Source: Actinomycetota bacterium
GTDB taxonomy: Bacteria; Actinomycetota; Acidimicrobiia; Acidimicrobiales; SZUA-35
Length of the DNA: 56,184 nucleotides
Assembly (NCBI GenBank): GCA_039029335.1
Contig: JBCCGJ010000003.1
Span: forward strand, 1 to 56,184
Direction of reading: 5' to 3'
The position numbers and the translations under genes are program-made. Under the pieces are notes generated by a model, which saw only the letters and a program-made list of their open reading frames with translations, had not been told where the DNA came from and searched no databases. Shown piece by piece: positions 35,276 to 45,851 of this stretch (the first letter of the stretch is position 1; each line of letters starts with the position of its first letter).

Positions 35276-37732
35276 CTATTCCAGAACACCGGCGACGACC
35301 AACTCCGACAGCTTCTCGTCGTCATAGCCGAGCACACCGAGCAACACGTCAAACGTGTGTTCGCCGATGGTCGGCCCGGCCTTTGTCACGTTCGCAGGCG
35401 TGCGGGAGAGGTGGAACCGCGGCCCCTCGACCGGGATCTCGCCGTGCTCCGCGTGCTCGCCGTTCACGAAGTGCTCCCGATGGGCGAGCTGAGGATCCGA
35501 AGCCAGATCGACACTGTCCTGTACCTGGTGGCAGGCGACACCGGCGTCCTGCAGGGCCTGCTGTATGTCCGCCCGCTCCCGGGATCCCGTCCAGCCACCG
35601 ATCAGCTCCTCGATCTCGACCTCTCGGTCCTTGCGACCCTGCCGATCGAGCCCGGCCAGCTCATCGTCGAGGTCCATCACCGAGCAGAGGGCTCGCCACT
35701 GGTCGTCCGTCTCGCAGGCGATCGCCACCCACCGGTCGTCCCCGGCGGCCGGGGCGACCACGTGGGGGGCGAACATCGGGTGCCGGTTACCCGGCCGGTC
35801 CGCCTCCCGGCCGTTCACCGTGTAGTCCAGGAGGGCCGGGGCCAGGAAACTGATTGACGCCTCGGCCTGGGACAGGTCGATGTACTGCCCCTCGCCGGTT
35901 CTGTCCCGATGATCAACCGCGGCCAGGATGGCCGCCGATAGGAACCGTGGTGAGATGTAGTCGGTGTAGGCGCCGAAGCAGCCCGCCGGGTCCCGATCCG
36001 GCCAGCCGGTGACGTCATAGAAACCGGACAGGGATGCCCCCATCGTGCCGAAGCCGGCCAGGCTGGACAGCGGTCCGCTCTGCCCGAAGAGACAGCTGCT
36101 GGTCATGATGATGTCGGGCTTGATCGCCTTCAGCTCCTCGTAGCCGATCCCCCAACCCTTCATCGCCTTCGGGGAGAACGACTCGCACACGACGTCCGCC
36201 CACTTCACCAGATCGTGGACAACCTGGATGCTCTCCGGCTTTGACATGTCAAGGCTGATCGAGTTCTTGCCGGCGTTCATGTTCTGGAACAGACCGCTGT
36301 TCTCCGCCCCGCCCTCGTTCTGCCAGAAGGGCTGAATGGTCCTGGCCGCCTCGATCTTGTTCGCCGACTCGATCCGGATGACGTGAGCGCCGTTGTCGGC
36401 CAGGACCCGGGTGGCCGCCGGCCCGGCCATGACCCACATGAAGTCCAGGATCTTCAGCCCGGCCAGCGCACCCTCACCGTCCGACTCTCCCGCCGCAGTC
36501 GCGGCTGCGGTTGCGGCGGGTGGCGTCGGGGCTGCCTCCGAGTCGGCCAGAACCGCCTCGTGGTGTTGGCCGAGACTCGGTGCCGGTTCGTCGATCACGA
36601 TCGGCGACCTGGTGAACCGGGCAAACGGTCCGGGGAACCGGACCGCCGTGCCGAGGGCCGGCTGGTCGATGTCACGCCAGAACTCCCGATCGGCGTACTG
36701 AGCGGACTCGGCGACGTCCTGGACGGTTGAGACCGGAACCATGAGCAGGCGTTTGTCCAGCGCGCTCGTCAGCAGGTCCGCCTTGGTCCGTTTCGACGTG
36801 AACTCGGCGGCCACGTCCTGGATCCTGGCGTACTCGCCGGGCGGGATGCGGCCGGTCATGACCCCGTCGACAAAGTTCTCCCAGTCGATCTCCAGGTCGG
36901 AGTCCTCGCACTCACCCTCGGCGTGGATCCACTCGAAGAGTCGGGCGCCGAACGGGCCGATCGCGCTGCCGAACAGGATGGTGGTGGAGACGTACCCGTC
37001 TGCGGCCGGGGACCGTAGCCGGATCTCGAACGGGCCGAGCCTCGCTCCACCGCTCATTCTGGTTCCCTCCGGCGATCCGTAGAGGTGGTTGAGCGCGGTT
37101 GACTGGGTGGCCTGGAGTATCGCCTGCTGGGCGGAGACGTCGACCTGTTGGCCCAGCCCGGACCGGTTCCGCTCGTACAGCGCAATCAGCGTTGCCGATG
37201 CGGCCTCGGCCGACGCGTGGAGGTACGCCTGGTCCAACGGGATCCGCAATGGTGGGCGGTCGGCGTCACCGGTCACATTGAGCTGCATGCCGGCGCCAAC
37301 CAGCGTCAGGTCGGTGGCCGCCCAATCCGCCTTCGGCCCCGTCTGGCCGAACGGGCTGATGGAGGTGTAGACAAGGCCGGGATTCGCGGCGGCAAGATCC
37401 CCAGCTCCGAGACCCCGGGCCGCCATGGCCCCGGGGCGGTCCGATTCGATCACCACGTCGGCGGTGGCGGCCAGCGTCCGCAGCCGAGCCTGATCCTCCG
37501 GATCGTCCAGGTCCAGCGTGACACTTCGTTTGCCACGGTTGTACGACCAGAACCACAGCGAGTACTCCGGATCGTCCTCGTGCCCGTTGACAAAGGGCGC
37601 CATACGTCGTGACCGTGATCCGTCCGGCGGTTCAACCAGGATCACTTCCGACCCGAGGTCCGACAGGATCTGACCGGCAAGCTGGCCGCGCTCGTCGGAA
37701 AGATCGAGCACGCGATACGGCAACGACGTCAT
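35276..37732 (-). CDS. CoA-transferase family III (CaiB/BaiF), tandem two-domain
   Basis: Two repeats of the xxLD...G..VI..E...N.GK.S..LD...ADVV.E module. Confidence 0.92.
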   Translation of the reverse strand: MTSLPYRVLDLSDERGQLAGQILSDLGSEVILVEPPDGSRSRRMAPFVNGHEDDPEYSLWFWSYNRGKRSVTLDLDDPEDQARLRTLAATADVVIESDRPGAMAARGLGAGDLAAANPGLVYTSISPFGQTGPKADWAATDLTLVGAGMQLNVTGDADRPPLRIPLDQAYLHASAEAASATLIALYERNRSGLGQQVDVSAQQAILQATQSTALNHLYGSPEGTRMSGGARLGPFEIRLRSPAADGYVSTTILFGSAIGPFGARLFEWIHAEGECEDSDLEIDWENFVDGVMTGRIPPGEYARIQDVAAEFTSKRTKADLLTSALDKRLLMVPVSTVQDVAESAQYADREFWRDIDQPALGTAVRFPGPFARFTRSPIVIDEPAPSLGQHHEAVLADSEAAPTPPAATAAATAAGESDGEGALAGLKILDFMWVMAGPAATRVLADNGAHVIRIESANKIEAARTIQPFWQNEGGAENSGLFQNMNAGKNSISLDMSKPESIQVVHDLVKWADVVCESFSPKAMKGWGIGYEELKAIKPDIIMTSSCLFGQSGPLSSLAGFGTMGASLSGFYDVTGWPDRDPAGCFGAYTDYISPRFLSAAILAAVDHRDRTGEGQYIDLSQAEASISFLAPALLDYTVNGREADRPGNRHPMFAPHVVAPAAGDDRWVAIACETDDQWRALCSVMDLDDELAGLDRQGRKDREVEIEELIGGWTGSRERADIQQALQDAGVACHQVQDSVDLASDPQLAHREHFVNGEHAEHGEIPVEGPRFHLSRTPANVTKAGPTIGEHTFDVLLGVLGYDDEKLSELVVAGVLE

Positions 37733-37851
37733 GGCTTATCCCCCTTGAAGTTGAATGAGTATCGCCCGAAAACGTCGGACGATTCCAGCCGCCGTCGGCG
37801 GGCCGGTCCCGGCGATGGATTCCCCGGTCCGCCCGGGCCTATGGTCTGGCA

Positions 37852-38907
37852 ATGCAGGCGGAACGCGCGTCGATCGAGAATGCATGGAAGGGTCGGATCT
37901 CCGGTTGTCAGCTCGGCAAACCGGTTGAGATGCTGTCGATGCGGCGCGGGCTCGACGAGCTTCAGGCGTACCTGTCCGAGGTCGATGCGTTGCCGCTGCG
38001 GGACTACGTCCCGTTCACCGACGGCCGTTCGCTCTTCCAGCCGTCGTGTCGTGGTTTCATCGTGCGGTCGGAACCGGACGACGACATCAACTACTCCGTC
38101 CTGGCCCTGACGTTGCTGGAGCGGCACGGCGACGACCTTGCCACCGTCGACGTGGCCCGGGCCTGGCTCGAGCTGCTGCCACTCGGCACGGTGTTCACCG
38201 CCGAGCGGTCCGCCTACGTGACCTTGGCCAACCGGTCTAAAACGTTCTTCGCCCAGGGTCAGGAAGCGGGATTCGATCTGTCCGAGTGCTCGGACAACCC
38301 GTACAACGACTGGATCGGGGCCCAGATCCGGACCGATGTGTACGGTTGGGTCCTCCCCGGTGATCCGGCCGGGGCCGCACGGCTGGCCGGTGTTGACGCC
38401 GCGCTGTCCCACCGGGAAGCCGGGGTCCACGGCGCCCAGTTCGTGGCCGCATGCGGCGCCGCCATCCCGGCGGCTGACTCGCTGGACGATGCGGTCCTGC
38501 GGGCGACCGCCGAACTGCCAGACGACTCCGCCGCGGTGGCCGCCATTACGTTTGGCCGGTCCATCGTCGGCCGCGAGGATGCGGTGGCGTTGCTCCACGC
38601 CCGGTACCCGGACCTGTCCCCGGTTCACACGCTCAACAACCTGGCGCTCGTGGTCTGGGCACTACTTTCCAACCCCGATGATTTCGGGGCGGCCGTCGGT
38701 GATGCGGTTGCCGCCGGGTGGGACACCGACTGCAACGGCGCCACCGTCGGCGGGCTCTGGGGGATCACCGGACGGGAGGTCCCGGCCCGGTGGACGGCCC
38801 CGTGGCGGTCGCGGGTTGCGGTATCACTGGCCGGCCACGATGAGCTGTCGCTTGCGTCGCTGGTCGATCGGACGGTCGCGGTCAGCGGGTTGCTTGGGGG
38901 AACCTGA
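37852..38907 (+). CDS. ADP-ribosylglycohydrolase family protein
   Basis: EPDDDINY, WIGAQIRTD and GWDTDCNGATVG motifs. Confidence 0.88.
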   Translation: MQAERASIENAWKGRISGCQLGKPVEMLSMRRGLDELQAYLSEVDALPLRDYVPFTDGRSLFQPSCRGFIVRSEPDDDINYSVLALTLLERHGDDLATVDVARAWLELLPLGTVFTAERSAYVTLANRSKTFFAQGQEAGFDLSECSDNPYNDWIGAQIRTDVYGWVLPGDPAGAARLAGVDAALSHREAGVHGAQFVAACGAAIPAADSLDDAVLRATAELPDDSAAVAAITFGRSIVGREDAVALLHARYPDLSPVHTLNNLALVVWALLSNPDDFGAAVGDAVAAGWDTDCNGATVGGLWGITGREVPARWTAPWRSRVAVSLAGHDELSLASLVDRTVAVSGLLGGT

Positions 38908-38931
38908 GCAGGGTGGCGTCCGGCCGAACCG

Positions 38932-40566
38932 TCAGCCGGGGGCGAGGTGGTCGTGGATCGAACGGATTGCGCTCGAGCCTTCACCAACCGCGGCGGCAAC
39001 CCGTTTCATCGATCCGGCCCGGGCATCGCCGGCGGCGAAGACCCCGGGCTGTGAGGTCTCGTAGGCCAACGGCTGGTAGTCGATCGCGTCGGTGACAGCG
39101 GTGTCGGTGAGGATGAACCCGTGCTCGTCCAACTGGATGAGCTCGCCGACCCAGTCCGTGTAGGGGACCGCGCCGATGAAGAGGAACAGGCCGCGGCAGT
39201 CCTGCTTCACCTCCTGATCGTTGCGCCGATCGGCCAGGGTGACCGCGGTGAGATTGGTGTCACCGTGGAGCCTGGTGACTTCTGTCCTGCTGGCGACCTT
39301 GATGTCGGCCGACGCTTCGATTCGGTCGATCAGGTAGGTCGACATCGAGGCGGTGAGCGATTCGCCCCGGATCGCCACCGTGACGTCGCAACCCTGCTGG
39401 GCGAGGAAGATCGCAGCCTGACCGGCCGAGTTCCCACCGCCGACCACCGTCACCGGGCTCCCGCCGCAGACCCGGGCCTCCAACTCGGTCGCGGCGTAGT
39501 AGATGCCCGCCCCTTCGAACTCCTCGAGTCGGTCGAGGGGGAGTTTGCGATACTGCACACCGACGGCCAGGACGACGGTTCGGGTCATCAGGGTGGAGTC
39601 GTCGTCCATGGTGAGTCGATAGCCGTCGCACACCGCGTCGATGGACCGACAGGTCGCGGGCGTGGTGATTCGGGCACCGAGGCGCTGAGCCTGAAGCGAT
39701 GCTCGCTCGGCGAGTTCGTCGCCGGAGATACCGGTGGGGAAGCCGACGTAGTTCTCGATCCGGCTGCTGGTGCCGGCCTGTCCGCCGACGCTGCGGGAAT
39801 CGAGGACGACGGTGTCGAGCCCTTCCGAGGCGCCGTAGACCCCTGCGGCCAGCCCGGCCGGTCCGGCGCCGATCACCACCACGTCGTGGATGTGCAGGCT
39901 GGTCGGCCGGTACAGCAGACCGAGGAGCTCGGCGAGTTCCGCCACCGTCGGCTGCTTCAGCAGGGCGGTCGGGGTGGCCGCCAGCGGTAGCTCGGTGCGC
40001 GAGATCCCCGCGGACACGAGCCGGTCGTAGACGGCCGGGTCGTCCTCGGGGTCGATCCAGCGGTGGGCGACCCGCATGCGCCTGGCATAGCCGACCAGTT
40101 CCAGCGTTCTGCTGGTGTGGCGTGACCCGATGATCGTCAGCGCCGTTGCCAGCTCGCCCCGCAGCAGCATGTCCCGGCGGGCAACGAGCACGGCGAAGAG
40201 GAGGTCGCCCAGGTCGTTGTCGGCGGCCATGAACTCCCGCAGGGCAGGCTCGGCAATGGCCAGCACCGTCGAGTCGACAACGGCGGTCGAGTGGAGGTAG
40301 GCGGCTTCGCCGGTGAGGACGTTGTACTCCGACATGATGTTGCCGGCGACTGCGGTACCAAGGTCGACCTGTTCGCCGGTCGCCATGCCGGTCCGCCGGA
40401 GGACGAACTCGCCGTCGAGCAGGACAAAGAAGTCCAGGTTGGTCTCACCCTCCTGGAACAACCGGACCCCGCCCGCCACTTCCAGGACCCTGCCATAGGG
40501 CCGCAGCCGGTCGATCTGGTCGGCGTCGAGGCTCGTGTATGCGAGTTCCTGGGTGGGGTCTGACAT
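38932..40566 (-). CDS. cNMP-binding-domain thioredoxin reductase-like FAD oxidoreductase
   Basis: N-terminal cNMP fold (LFQEGE...DFFVLLDG), IGAGPAG, SSRIENYVGFPTGISG, GGGNSAG and GVFAAGD motifs. ATG 40566 after TAGATT. Confidence 0.9.
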   Translation of the reverse strand: MSDPTQELAYTSLDADQIDRLRPYGRVLEVAGGVRLFQEGETNLDFFVLLDGEFVLRRTGMATGEQVDLGTAVAGNIMSEYNVLTGEAAYLHSTAVVDSTVLAIAEPALREFMAADNDLGDLLFAVLVARRDMLLRGELATALTIIGSRHTSRTLELVGYARRMRVAHRWIDPEDDPAVYDRLVSAGISRTELPLAATPTALLKQPTVAELAELLGLLYRPTSLHIHDVVVIGAGPAGLAAGVYGASEGLDTVVLDSRSVGGQAGTSSRIENYVGFPTGISGDELAERASLQAQRLGARITTPATCRSIDAVCDGYRLTMDDDSTLMTRTVVLAVGVQYRKLPLDRLEEFEGAGIYYAATELEARVCGGSPVTVVGGGNSAGQAAIFLAQQGCDVTVAIRGESLTASMSTYLIDRIEASADIKVASRTEVTRLHGDTNLTAVTLADRRNDQEVKQDCRGLFLFIGAVPYTDWVGELIQLDEHGFILTDTAVTDAIDYQPLAYETSQPGVFAAGDARAGSMKRVAAAVGEGSSAIRSIHDHLAPG

Positions 40567-40601
40567 GCCTGTCAATCTAGGCAGGCGGTCCGCCGCTGCG
40601 G

Positions 40602-41543
40602 TTACCGAGGTGGGTCCGATGCCCCGCCGCGGATCGCCGGCATCCAGCGTGGGCCTGCGGTGGCGTCGATCCTGGCCAAAAACGCATCGTGGTGGGCGTC
40701 GACGGCGTCGCAGAAGGCAACCGTTGTCGACCGGCCGACGGCCCGCCAGGCCGGTGCGGTCAGTTCGTCCGTTCGTTCCTCCAGCCGGCGCCGGAATCGA
40801 CGGCCCTCGTCGTTCAGTGCGGTGCCGTCCGCCAGGCCCTTGGTCGTCAGTCGCGCCCAGCCCCTGGCCACCGCGTCGTCATCGGCACCGCGACTTCGGG
40901 CGATCCATTCCTCCCCGCCGTACTCCTCGACGTCGATCATGGCCGAGTGCAGCAGTCCGGACTCAACGTCATCGAGGTCTGCGGCGGCACACAGCGCCCA
41001 GTGGTTGTCCCCCCGAAACTCCCGGAGACAATTCGCCGCAAGCCATGCCGACAGCACACCGCTGTCCGGTCCGGGTCTGGCCTGGGCCCGGTTGGCCGCA
41101 AAGAGCGGGCGAGCCCCGTGATGGACGGCGTCAACCCCCCGCCAGAGATCATCGGCCAGGGGCGCAAGTGTGGCGCCAAGGCCGGGGGCGATCGCCTCGA
41201 GGCCCGGCTCGATCGCCGCGTCCCGGACCTGACAGATCGCTTCGGCGGTTGTGACGCCCCGCCACAGGCCGAGCACCATCTCGATGATGTCGGGATGGAT
41301 GGAGAAGGTCATTGCCGCCACCGCGGCGGGTGGGGTGTCGCCGAGCGGGGCGAGCCGCCACGCCTGGATCCAGCCGACGCCGTTCGCCACCCCGAGCTTC
41401 TCGTAGCCGGCAATCGCCGTCGGTTCCCACATCAGCCAGCCGACGAGATCGTGGCCGGCCCGGCCGGCCCGTGCCGTCAGCGCCTGCCAGTCCACCTCGT
41501 CAGGATTCGGGTTCTTATCAGCGCCTGTGGTCCCATCCGTCAT
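40602..41543 (-). CDS. SCO6745-family protein
   Basis: RLAPLG...AAVAA..F, RPLFAAN and LREFRGDNH motifs. Confidence 0.7.
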   Translation of the reverse strand: MTDGTTGADKNPNPDEVDWQALTARAGRAGHDLVGWLMWEPTAIAGYEKLGVANGVGWIQAWRLAPLGDTPPAAVAAMTFSIHPDIIEMVLGLWRGVTTAEAICQVRDAAIEPGLEAIAPGLGATLAPLADDLWRGVDAVHHGARPLFAANRAQARPGPDSGVLSAWLAANCLREFRGDNHWALCAAADLDDVESGLLHSAMIDVEEYGGEEWIARSRGADDDAVARGWARLTTKGLADGTALNDEGRRFRRRLEERTDELTAPAWRAVGRSTTVAFCDAVDAHHDAFLARIDATAGPRWMPAIRGGASDPPR

Positions 41544-42670
41544 GGCCGTGAGTCCGGTCCTTTTTGTTGTCTCGAGCGGTCGGGGTCGGTGACCGGCTCT
41601 CCGCCGACCTCGCCGTCCGGGGCGGTGTTGGGGGCGACCAGGCCGGCAGCCGTGAGCAGCGAGTCCGTTGACACGCCGAGCACCGCTGCGGCACCGGCCC
41701 CGAGCGTGATCTCGGTGGAGTTCGGGATGCCGACGTCGGTCCTGGTGACCCGGAAGTTGTCGACCGTGGCCACCGAGACCAGGGCATCGACCGACGGGTT
41801 GGCGCCGATGACCGCCCGACCGTGTGTCCGTGTCCGTCCGGTCACCGTGTCGCTCAGTTCCGCGACGACGGTCGGGCCGCCGTCGATCGGGTCGTACATG
41901 CCGTTCGGCGCCATACCCTCCGCACTCAACAGGTGGTAGGCGGGAAGCGATGCGGCGTTGACGGGACCGAGCGACTCGAGCACGGTTGCGGTAACCGGCG
42001 AGCGGTGGCCCGCCAGACCGTCGAGGCGGGTCGGGTCCTCAAGCAGGGCGAGTTCCGCGTCGGTCGACGTGGCCCACTGGGGGGCGAACCGAGCCCCGAA
42101 GCACCGCCAGAACGGTGCGGACCCGTCACCGTCGAAGCGCCCGCGGAGGTGTGAGGCGACGGTCTGAGGGATCTGGCTGCGGACAAGGTGCAGCAGCATG
42201 AACCGACCGCGGGACAGCAGCGTGCCGAGGCGCTTCCCCCTCGCCGAGGGGCCGATGAAGCTTGAGTCGAGTTCGGTCCTGGTCCACCGTGCGGACGAGC
42301 TGCTCATGATCAGACCCTGCCCGTCCTTGCTGGTGGTGACCGTGACCGCCAGGTTCGGCACCGCCTGCTTGAAGGTCACACCCGTGATTCCGAGGATCTC
42401 CTCCGACCGTTCGGTGCCGTCGTCGGAAACGGTCCGCTCGACCGCAACAAACACGACCCGCCGGGACCGACCGTCCACCGGGGAGAACGAACCCGTCGCC
42501 AGGTCGGCGATGGTCGACGAGGTCTCCTCACAGAGCAGACGGGCCGCGTCGAGGTTGCCGGGGAGGGACGACATGCCGATGACCTCGGCCTGTGACGGCT
42601 CGAGCAGCGCCCAGAGCCCTGGCCCGTCGCCCGTCGTCACCGGTCGCAGCAGGGTGCCGGTGACGCTCAC
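41540..42670 (-). CDS. astA: Arginine N-succinyltransferase (AstA) family
   Basis: LLRPV...GMSSLP, LLSRGRFML, LRGRFDGDGSAPFW and YDPIDGGPTV motifs. Confidence 0.8.
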   Translation of the reverse strand: MSVTGTLLRPVTTGDGPGLWALLEPSQAEVIGMSSLPGNLDAARLLCEETSSTIADLATGSFSPVDGRSRRVVFVAVERTVSDDGTERSEEILGITGVTFKQAVPNLAVTVTTSKDGQGLIMSSSSARWTRTELDSSFIGPSARGKRLGTLLSRGRFMLLHLVRSQIPQTVASHLRGRFDGDGSAPFWRCFGARFAPQWATSTDAELALLEDPTRLDGLAGHRSPVTATVLESLGPVNAASLPAYHLLSAEGMAPNGMYDPIDGGPTVVAELSDTVTGRTRTHGRAVIGANPSVDALVSVATVDNFRVTRTDVGIPNSTEITLGAGAAAVLGVSTDSLLTAAGLVAPNTAPDGEVGGEPVTDPDRSRQQKGPDSRP

Positions 42671-43899
42671 CGTTTGTCCGTTTCCCGAGCGTCCGCCGAC
42701 GGTGAAGCCGTCGCCCGTTCGGCCGCCCGGCGGAGCACCTCGGCAACCGTTGCGGCCCGCGGCGGGATACTGGCGACGTCGGCGAACTCGTGCGGGCTGT
42801 GGATGCCGCCACCCAGGATCCCGAGACTGTCCACGTTCGCCAGGCCGAAGCCGGCCAGGTCGTTCCCGTCACAGCAGCCACCGGTGTTCTCCGGTGTGAT
42901 CTCGATCCCCAGGCCGCGGGCGGCGTCCGACGTGTCGGCCAACAGTCGGTCGATCGCCGGGGTGAGCGACTTGGGTGGTCTGGTCGAGGCCCAGACGACC
43001 TCGGTGTCCAGCGGCGAGGCGTCGGCCGCTTCGGCGAACCGGTCCTGGATCCAGCGTTGATCGCCGTCGGTCTCCACCCGCATGTTGAAGCTGCCGATGG
43101 CCAGATCCGGCACCACGTTGAGGGCCCCGCCACCCTGGATCTTCCCGCAGTTGACGGTCACCCCGTCCCGGCTGTTGTGGGCCTCCAGCGTGGTGATCAG
43201 ATTCGCCAGGCCGAGGATGGCGGATCGTCCCTGATCGTGGGCCCGACCGACGTGGGAGGCCACGCCGCGGACGACAACGTGGCCGGTCAGCGCGCCCTTC
43301 CTTGCCGCGGCCACCCCGCCGGATGGCAGCGCCGGTTCAAACCCGAGCCCGATGTCAGCCTTCTGGGCGGCCTCGGCCAGCAGGCCTTTTGAGCCGAGGG
43401 AACCGATCTCCTCGTCCGGGACCACCAGGAACTCCCAACCGATGTCGGCTCCCCACGGCACCGTCTCGAGGTACCGGAGTACCTCAAGGGCGATGATCAA
43501 CCCGCCCTTGCAGTCGGCCACCCCCGGCCCGGCCAATCTTGCGCCGTCCGCAGTCACCTCCTGGAACGGGTCATCCGGGCCGAACACCGTGTCCAGGTGA
43601 CCAAAGAGACAGACACGGAACGGGGCTTCCGGTCGTTTCACCGCCCGCAGTGCATCACCGACCGGCCGTTTGACGATGGATGCCCCGGCGTCGATGGTCG
43701 CCGCGGGGTCGACGGGGATTGTCTCGATCGAGGTGGGGGAGAGGTCGTCGACGTACTGGGCCAGCCGGTGGCCGACGCGGTTGACCCCCTCCGGATTGAA
43801 CGAGCCGGAGTTGATCTCGGCCAAGGCGGTGACCGCAGCCGACAGCCGGTCCAACTCCCCGCCAAGATCGGCGGCCAGCTCCTGTGTCTCGACGGTCAT
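42667..43899 (-). CDS. M20 metallohydrolase (carboxypeptidase G2-like)
   Basis: INSGSFN, GHLDTVF, GPGVADCKGG, DEEIGS, GGCCDGN and GGIHSPHE motifs. Confidence 0.88.
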   Translation of the reverse strand: MTVETQELAADLGGELDRLSAAVTALAEINSGSFNPEGVNRVGHRLAQYVDDLSPTSIETIPVDPAATIDAGASIVKRPVGDALRAVKRPEAPFRVCLFGHLDTVFGPDDPFQEVTADGARLAGPGVADCKGGLIIALEVLRYLETVPWGADIGWEFLVVPDEEIGSLGSKGLLAEAAQKADIGLGFEPALPSGGVAAARKGALTGHVVVRGVASHVGRAHDQGRSAILGLANLITTLEAHNSRDGVTVNCGKIQGGGALNVVPDLAIGSFNMRVETDGDQRWIQDRFAEAADASPLDTEVVWASTRPPKSLTPAIDRLLADTSDAARGLGIEITPENTGGCCDGNDLAGFGLANVDSLGILGGGIHSPHEFADVASIPPRAATVAEVLRRAAERATASPSADARETDKR

Positions 43900-43906
43900 C
43901 GGTCGG

Positions 43907-44899
43907 TCACTTGCCGTCCGGCTTGGCGACGTCGAGCATGCGCTTTATCGCCGCAGCCGAGGCGTTGGCCCCGCAGCTGATCACGGCCATCGTGGCGCCC
44001 GGATTCTCCCGCCCGTAGTGGGCCGCCGCCGCGAGCGCCATGCCGGCCGATCCCTCGACCAGCTGATGGTGATCATCGATCATCCTCGCCACCGCGGTGG
44101 CGATCGCCTGCTCCTCGACGTCCAGCCAGCGGTCCACCAGTGACCGACACAGTTCGAACGTGATCGACCCGGTCTCCACCGCGCCGGCTGTGCCGTCGGA
44201 GAAGGTGGGTTTGGCCGGCGGCTCGATGAGGTGACCGGCGTCAACGGAAGCCGCCATCGCCCGGTCGTTCAACGCGGAGGCGGCGACGATCACGGCATCC
44301 GGATGATGCTGTTTTACCGCGGTGGCCACCCCGGAGATCAGACCACCACCCCCGACCGAGACAACAACTGCGTCGAGTCGACCGAGGCCGGCGCCCCCGG
44401 CGTCCTCAACGATCTCAACGCCGATCGTTCCCTGGCCTGCGATGACCTCCGGGTCGTTGTACGGGGATATGTAGGTGACGCCCGATGTGTTCGCAGCGTC
44501 CCTGGCGGCGTGCTCGGCCACCAGCGCGTCGGTGTCGTCGACGGTGTTGATGACGGCGCCGAGTCGAGCGATGGCCGCCACCTTCGCCGAGGACGCACCC
44601 GTTGGCAGATACACCGTGCACGGGATTCCCCGGGCGGCCGCCGCCGTGGCAACGCCGATGCCGTGGTTGCCGGAGGATGCGGTGACAACGCCGGTCGCCG
44701 CGGCCTCATCCGCCAGGCTGAAGACCTTGTTGACCGCACCGCGCAGCTTGAAGCTGCCGGTGCGCTGCAGGTGCTCGGCCTTGATGGCGATGGTGGCCCC
44801 GATTCGCTCGGACATCGGTTCGCTGACGATCAGCGGCGTCCGGACCACATGGCCGTCGATGCGGTCTACCGCGGTGATGATGTCCTGGTAGTTGGTCAT
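43907..44899 (-). CDS. PLP-dependent threonine/serine dehydratase
   Basis: KAEHLQRTGSFKLRGA, ASSGNHG and VGGGGL motifs. No regulatory ACT domain. Confidence 0.9.
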   Translation of the reverse strand: MTNYQDIITAVDRIDGHVVRTPLIVSEPMSERIGATIAIKAEHLQRTGSFKLRGAVNKVFSLADEAAATGVVTASSGNHGIGVATAAAARGIPCTVYLPTGASSAKVAAIARLGAVINTVDDTDALVAEHAARDAANTSGVTYISPYNDPEVIAGQGTIGVEIVEDAGGAGLGRLDAVVVSVGGGGLISGVATAVKQHHPDAVIVAASALNDRAMAASVDAGHLIEPPAKPTFSDGTAGAVETGSITFELCRSLVDRWLDVEEQAIATAVARMIDDHHQLVEGSAGMALAAAAHYGRENPGATMAVISCGANASAAAIKRMLDVAKPDGK

Positions 44900-45106
44900 G
44901 TGAACGTCCGATCGGCCACGGTGGCGACGGGCCGATCCCGATGGGAACGGCGGCTCCTGGGAGCAGGGTAGCCGGGTGCGTGAAATCGGTCGCACCACGT
45001 TTCGGTCCGCCCGACCGCCTCTACCCTGGTGGAGACATTAGGCGGTAAATGTCTGCTTGTACGAACTTTGCAGCCGTACCGCACATCCACGAAGGGCAGG
45101 AAGAAC

Positions 45107-45739
45107 ATGTCATTGCGTTTGGGAGATGCCGCACCGAACTTCACCGCGACCACCACCGATGGAGACATCGATTTCCATCAGTGGAAGACGGACTCCTGGG
45201 CGGTGCTGTTCAGCCACCCGGCGGACTTCACCCCCGTCTGCACCACCGAGCTCGGTCGGACCGCCGCGCTGAAGGACGGGTTCGCCGCCCGGAACACCAA
45301 ACCCATCGCCGTCTCCGTCGACCCGATCGAGGATCACCACGGCTGGACCCCCGACATTGCCGAGGTCACCGGATCCGAGGTCAACTTCCCGATCATCGCC
45401 GACCCGGATCGAACCGTTGCCGAGCTCTACGACATGATCCACCCCGGTGAGGGTGACACGTCGACGGTCCGGTCCGTGTTTGTCGTCGACCCGGCCAACG
45501 TCATCAAGCTGATCCTGACCTACCCGAAGTCGACCGGCCGCAACTTCGACGAGATCCTCCGGGTCATCGACAGCCTGCAGCTCACCGCCAACCATGACGT
45601 GGCAACCCCCGCGGACTGGGTGAAGGGGGAGCGGGTCATCGCATCGCCGGCGATGGCCACCGATGTCGCCCGCGATCGGTTCCAGAACCTCGAGGAGGTC
45701 AAGCCCTACCTCCGCTACGTGGACGACCCGACGGGCTGA
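45107..45739 (+). CDS. 1-Cys peroxiredoxin (Prx6)
   Basis: FSHPADFTPVCTTE, YPKSTGRNFDEILRVIDSLQ and ATPADW motifs. Confidence 0.93.
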   Translation: MSLRLGDAAPNFTATTTDGDIDFHQWKTDSWAVLFSHPADFTPVCTTELGRTAALKDGFAARNTKPIAVSVDPIEDHHGWTPDIAEVTGSEVNFPIIADPDRTVAELYDMIHPGEGDTSTVRSVFVVDPANVIKLILTYPKSTGRNFDEILRVIDSLQLTANHDVATPADWVKGERVIASPAMATDVARDRFQNLEEVKPYLRYVDDPTG

Positions 45740-45851
45740 GGTGGGTCGCGTCGCGGCGCGGCACCCGGCGCGGGTGGCGGCCCCGTAGACTGCCGTCAGC
45801 GGCGGCACACACCGCTGACAGCGGCCGATGGCCAACGAGGAGCGCAGCACC

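Noticed and set aside
37852-38907. ADP-ribosylation toxin/antitoxin system
   Set aside because: No ADP-ribosyltransferase or toxin gene is nearby; stand-alone ARH-family genes are common.
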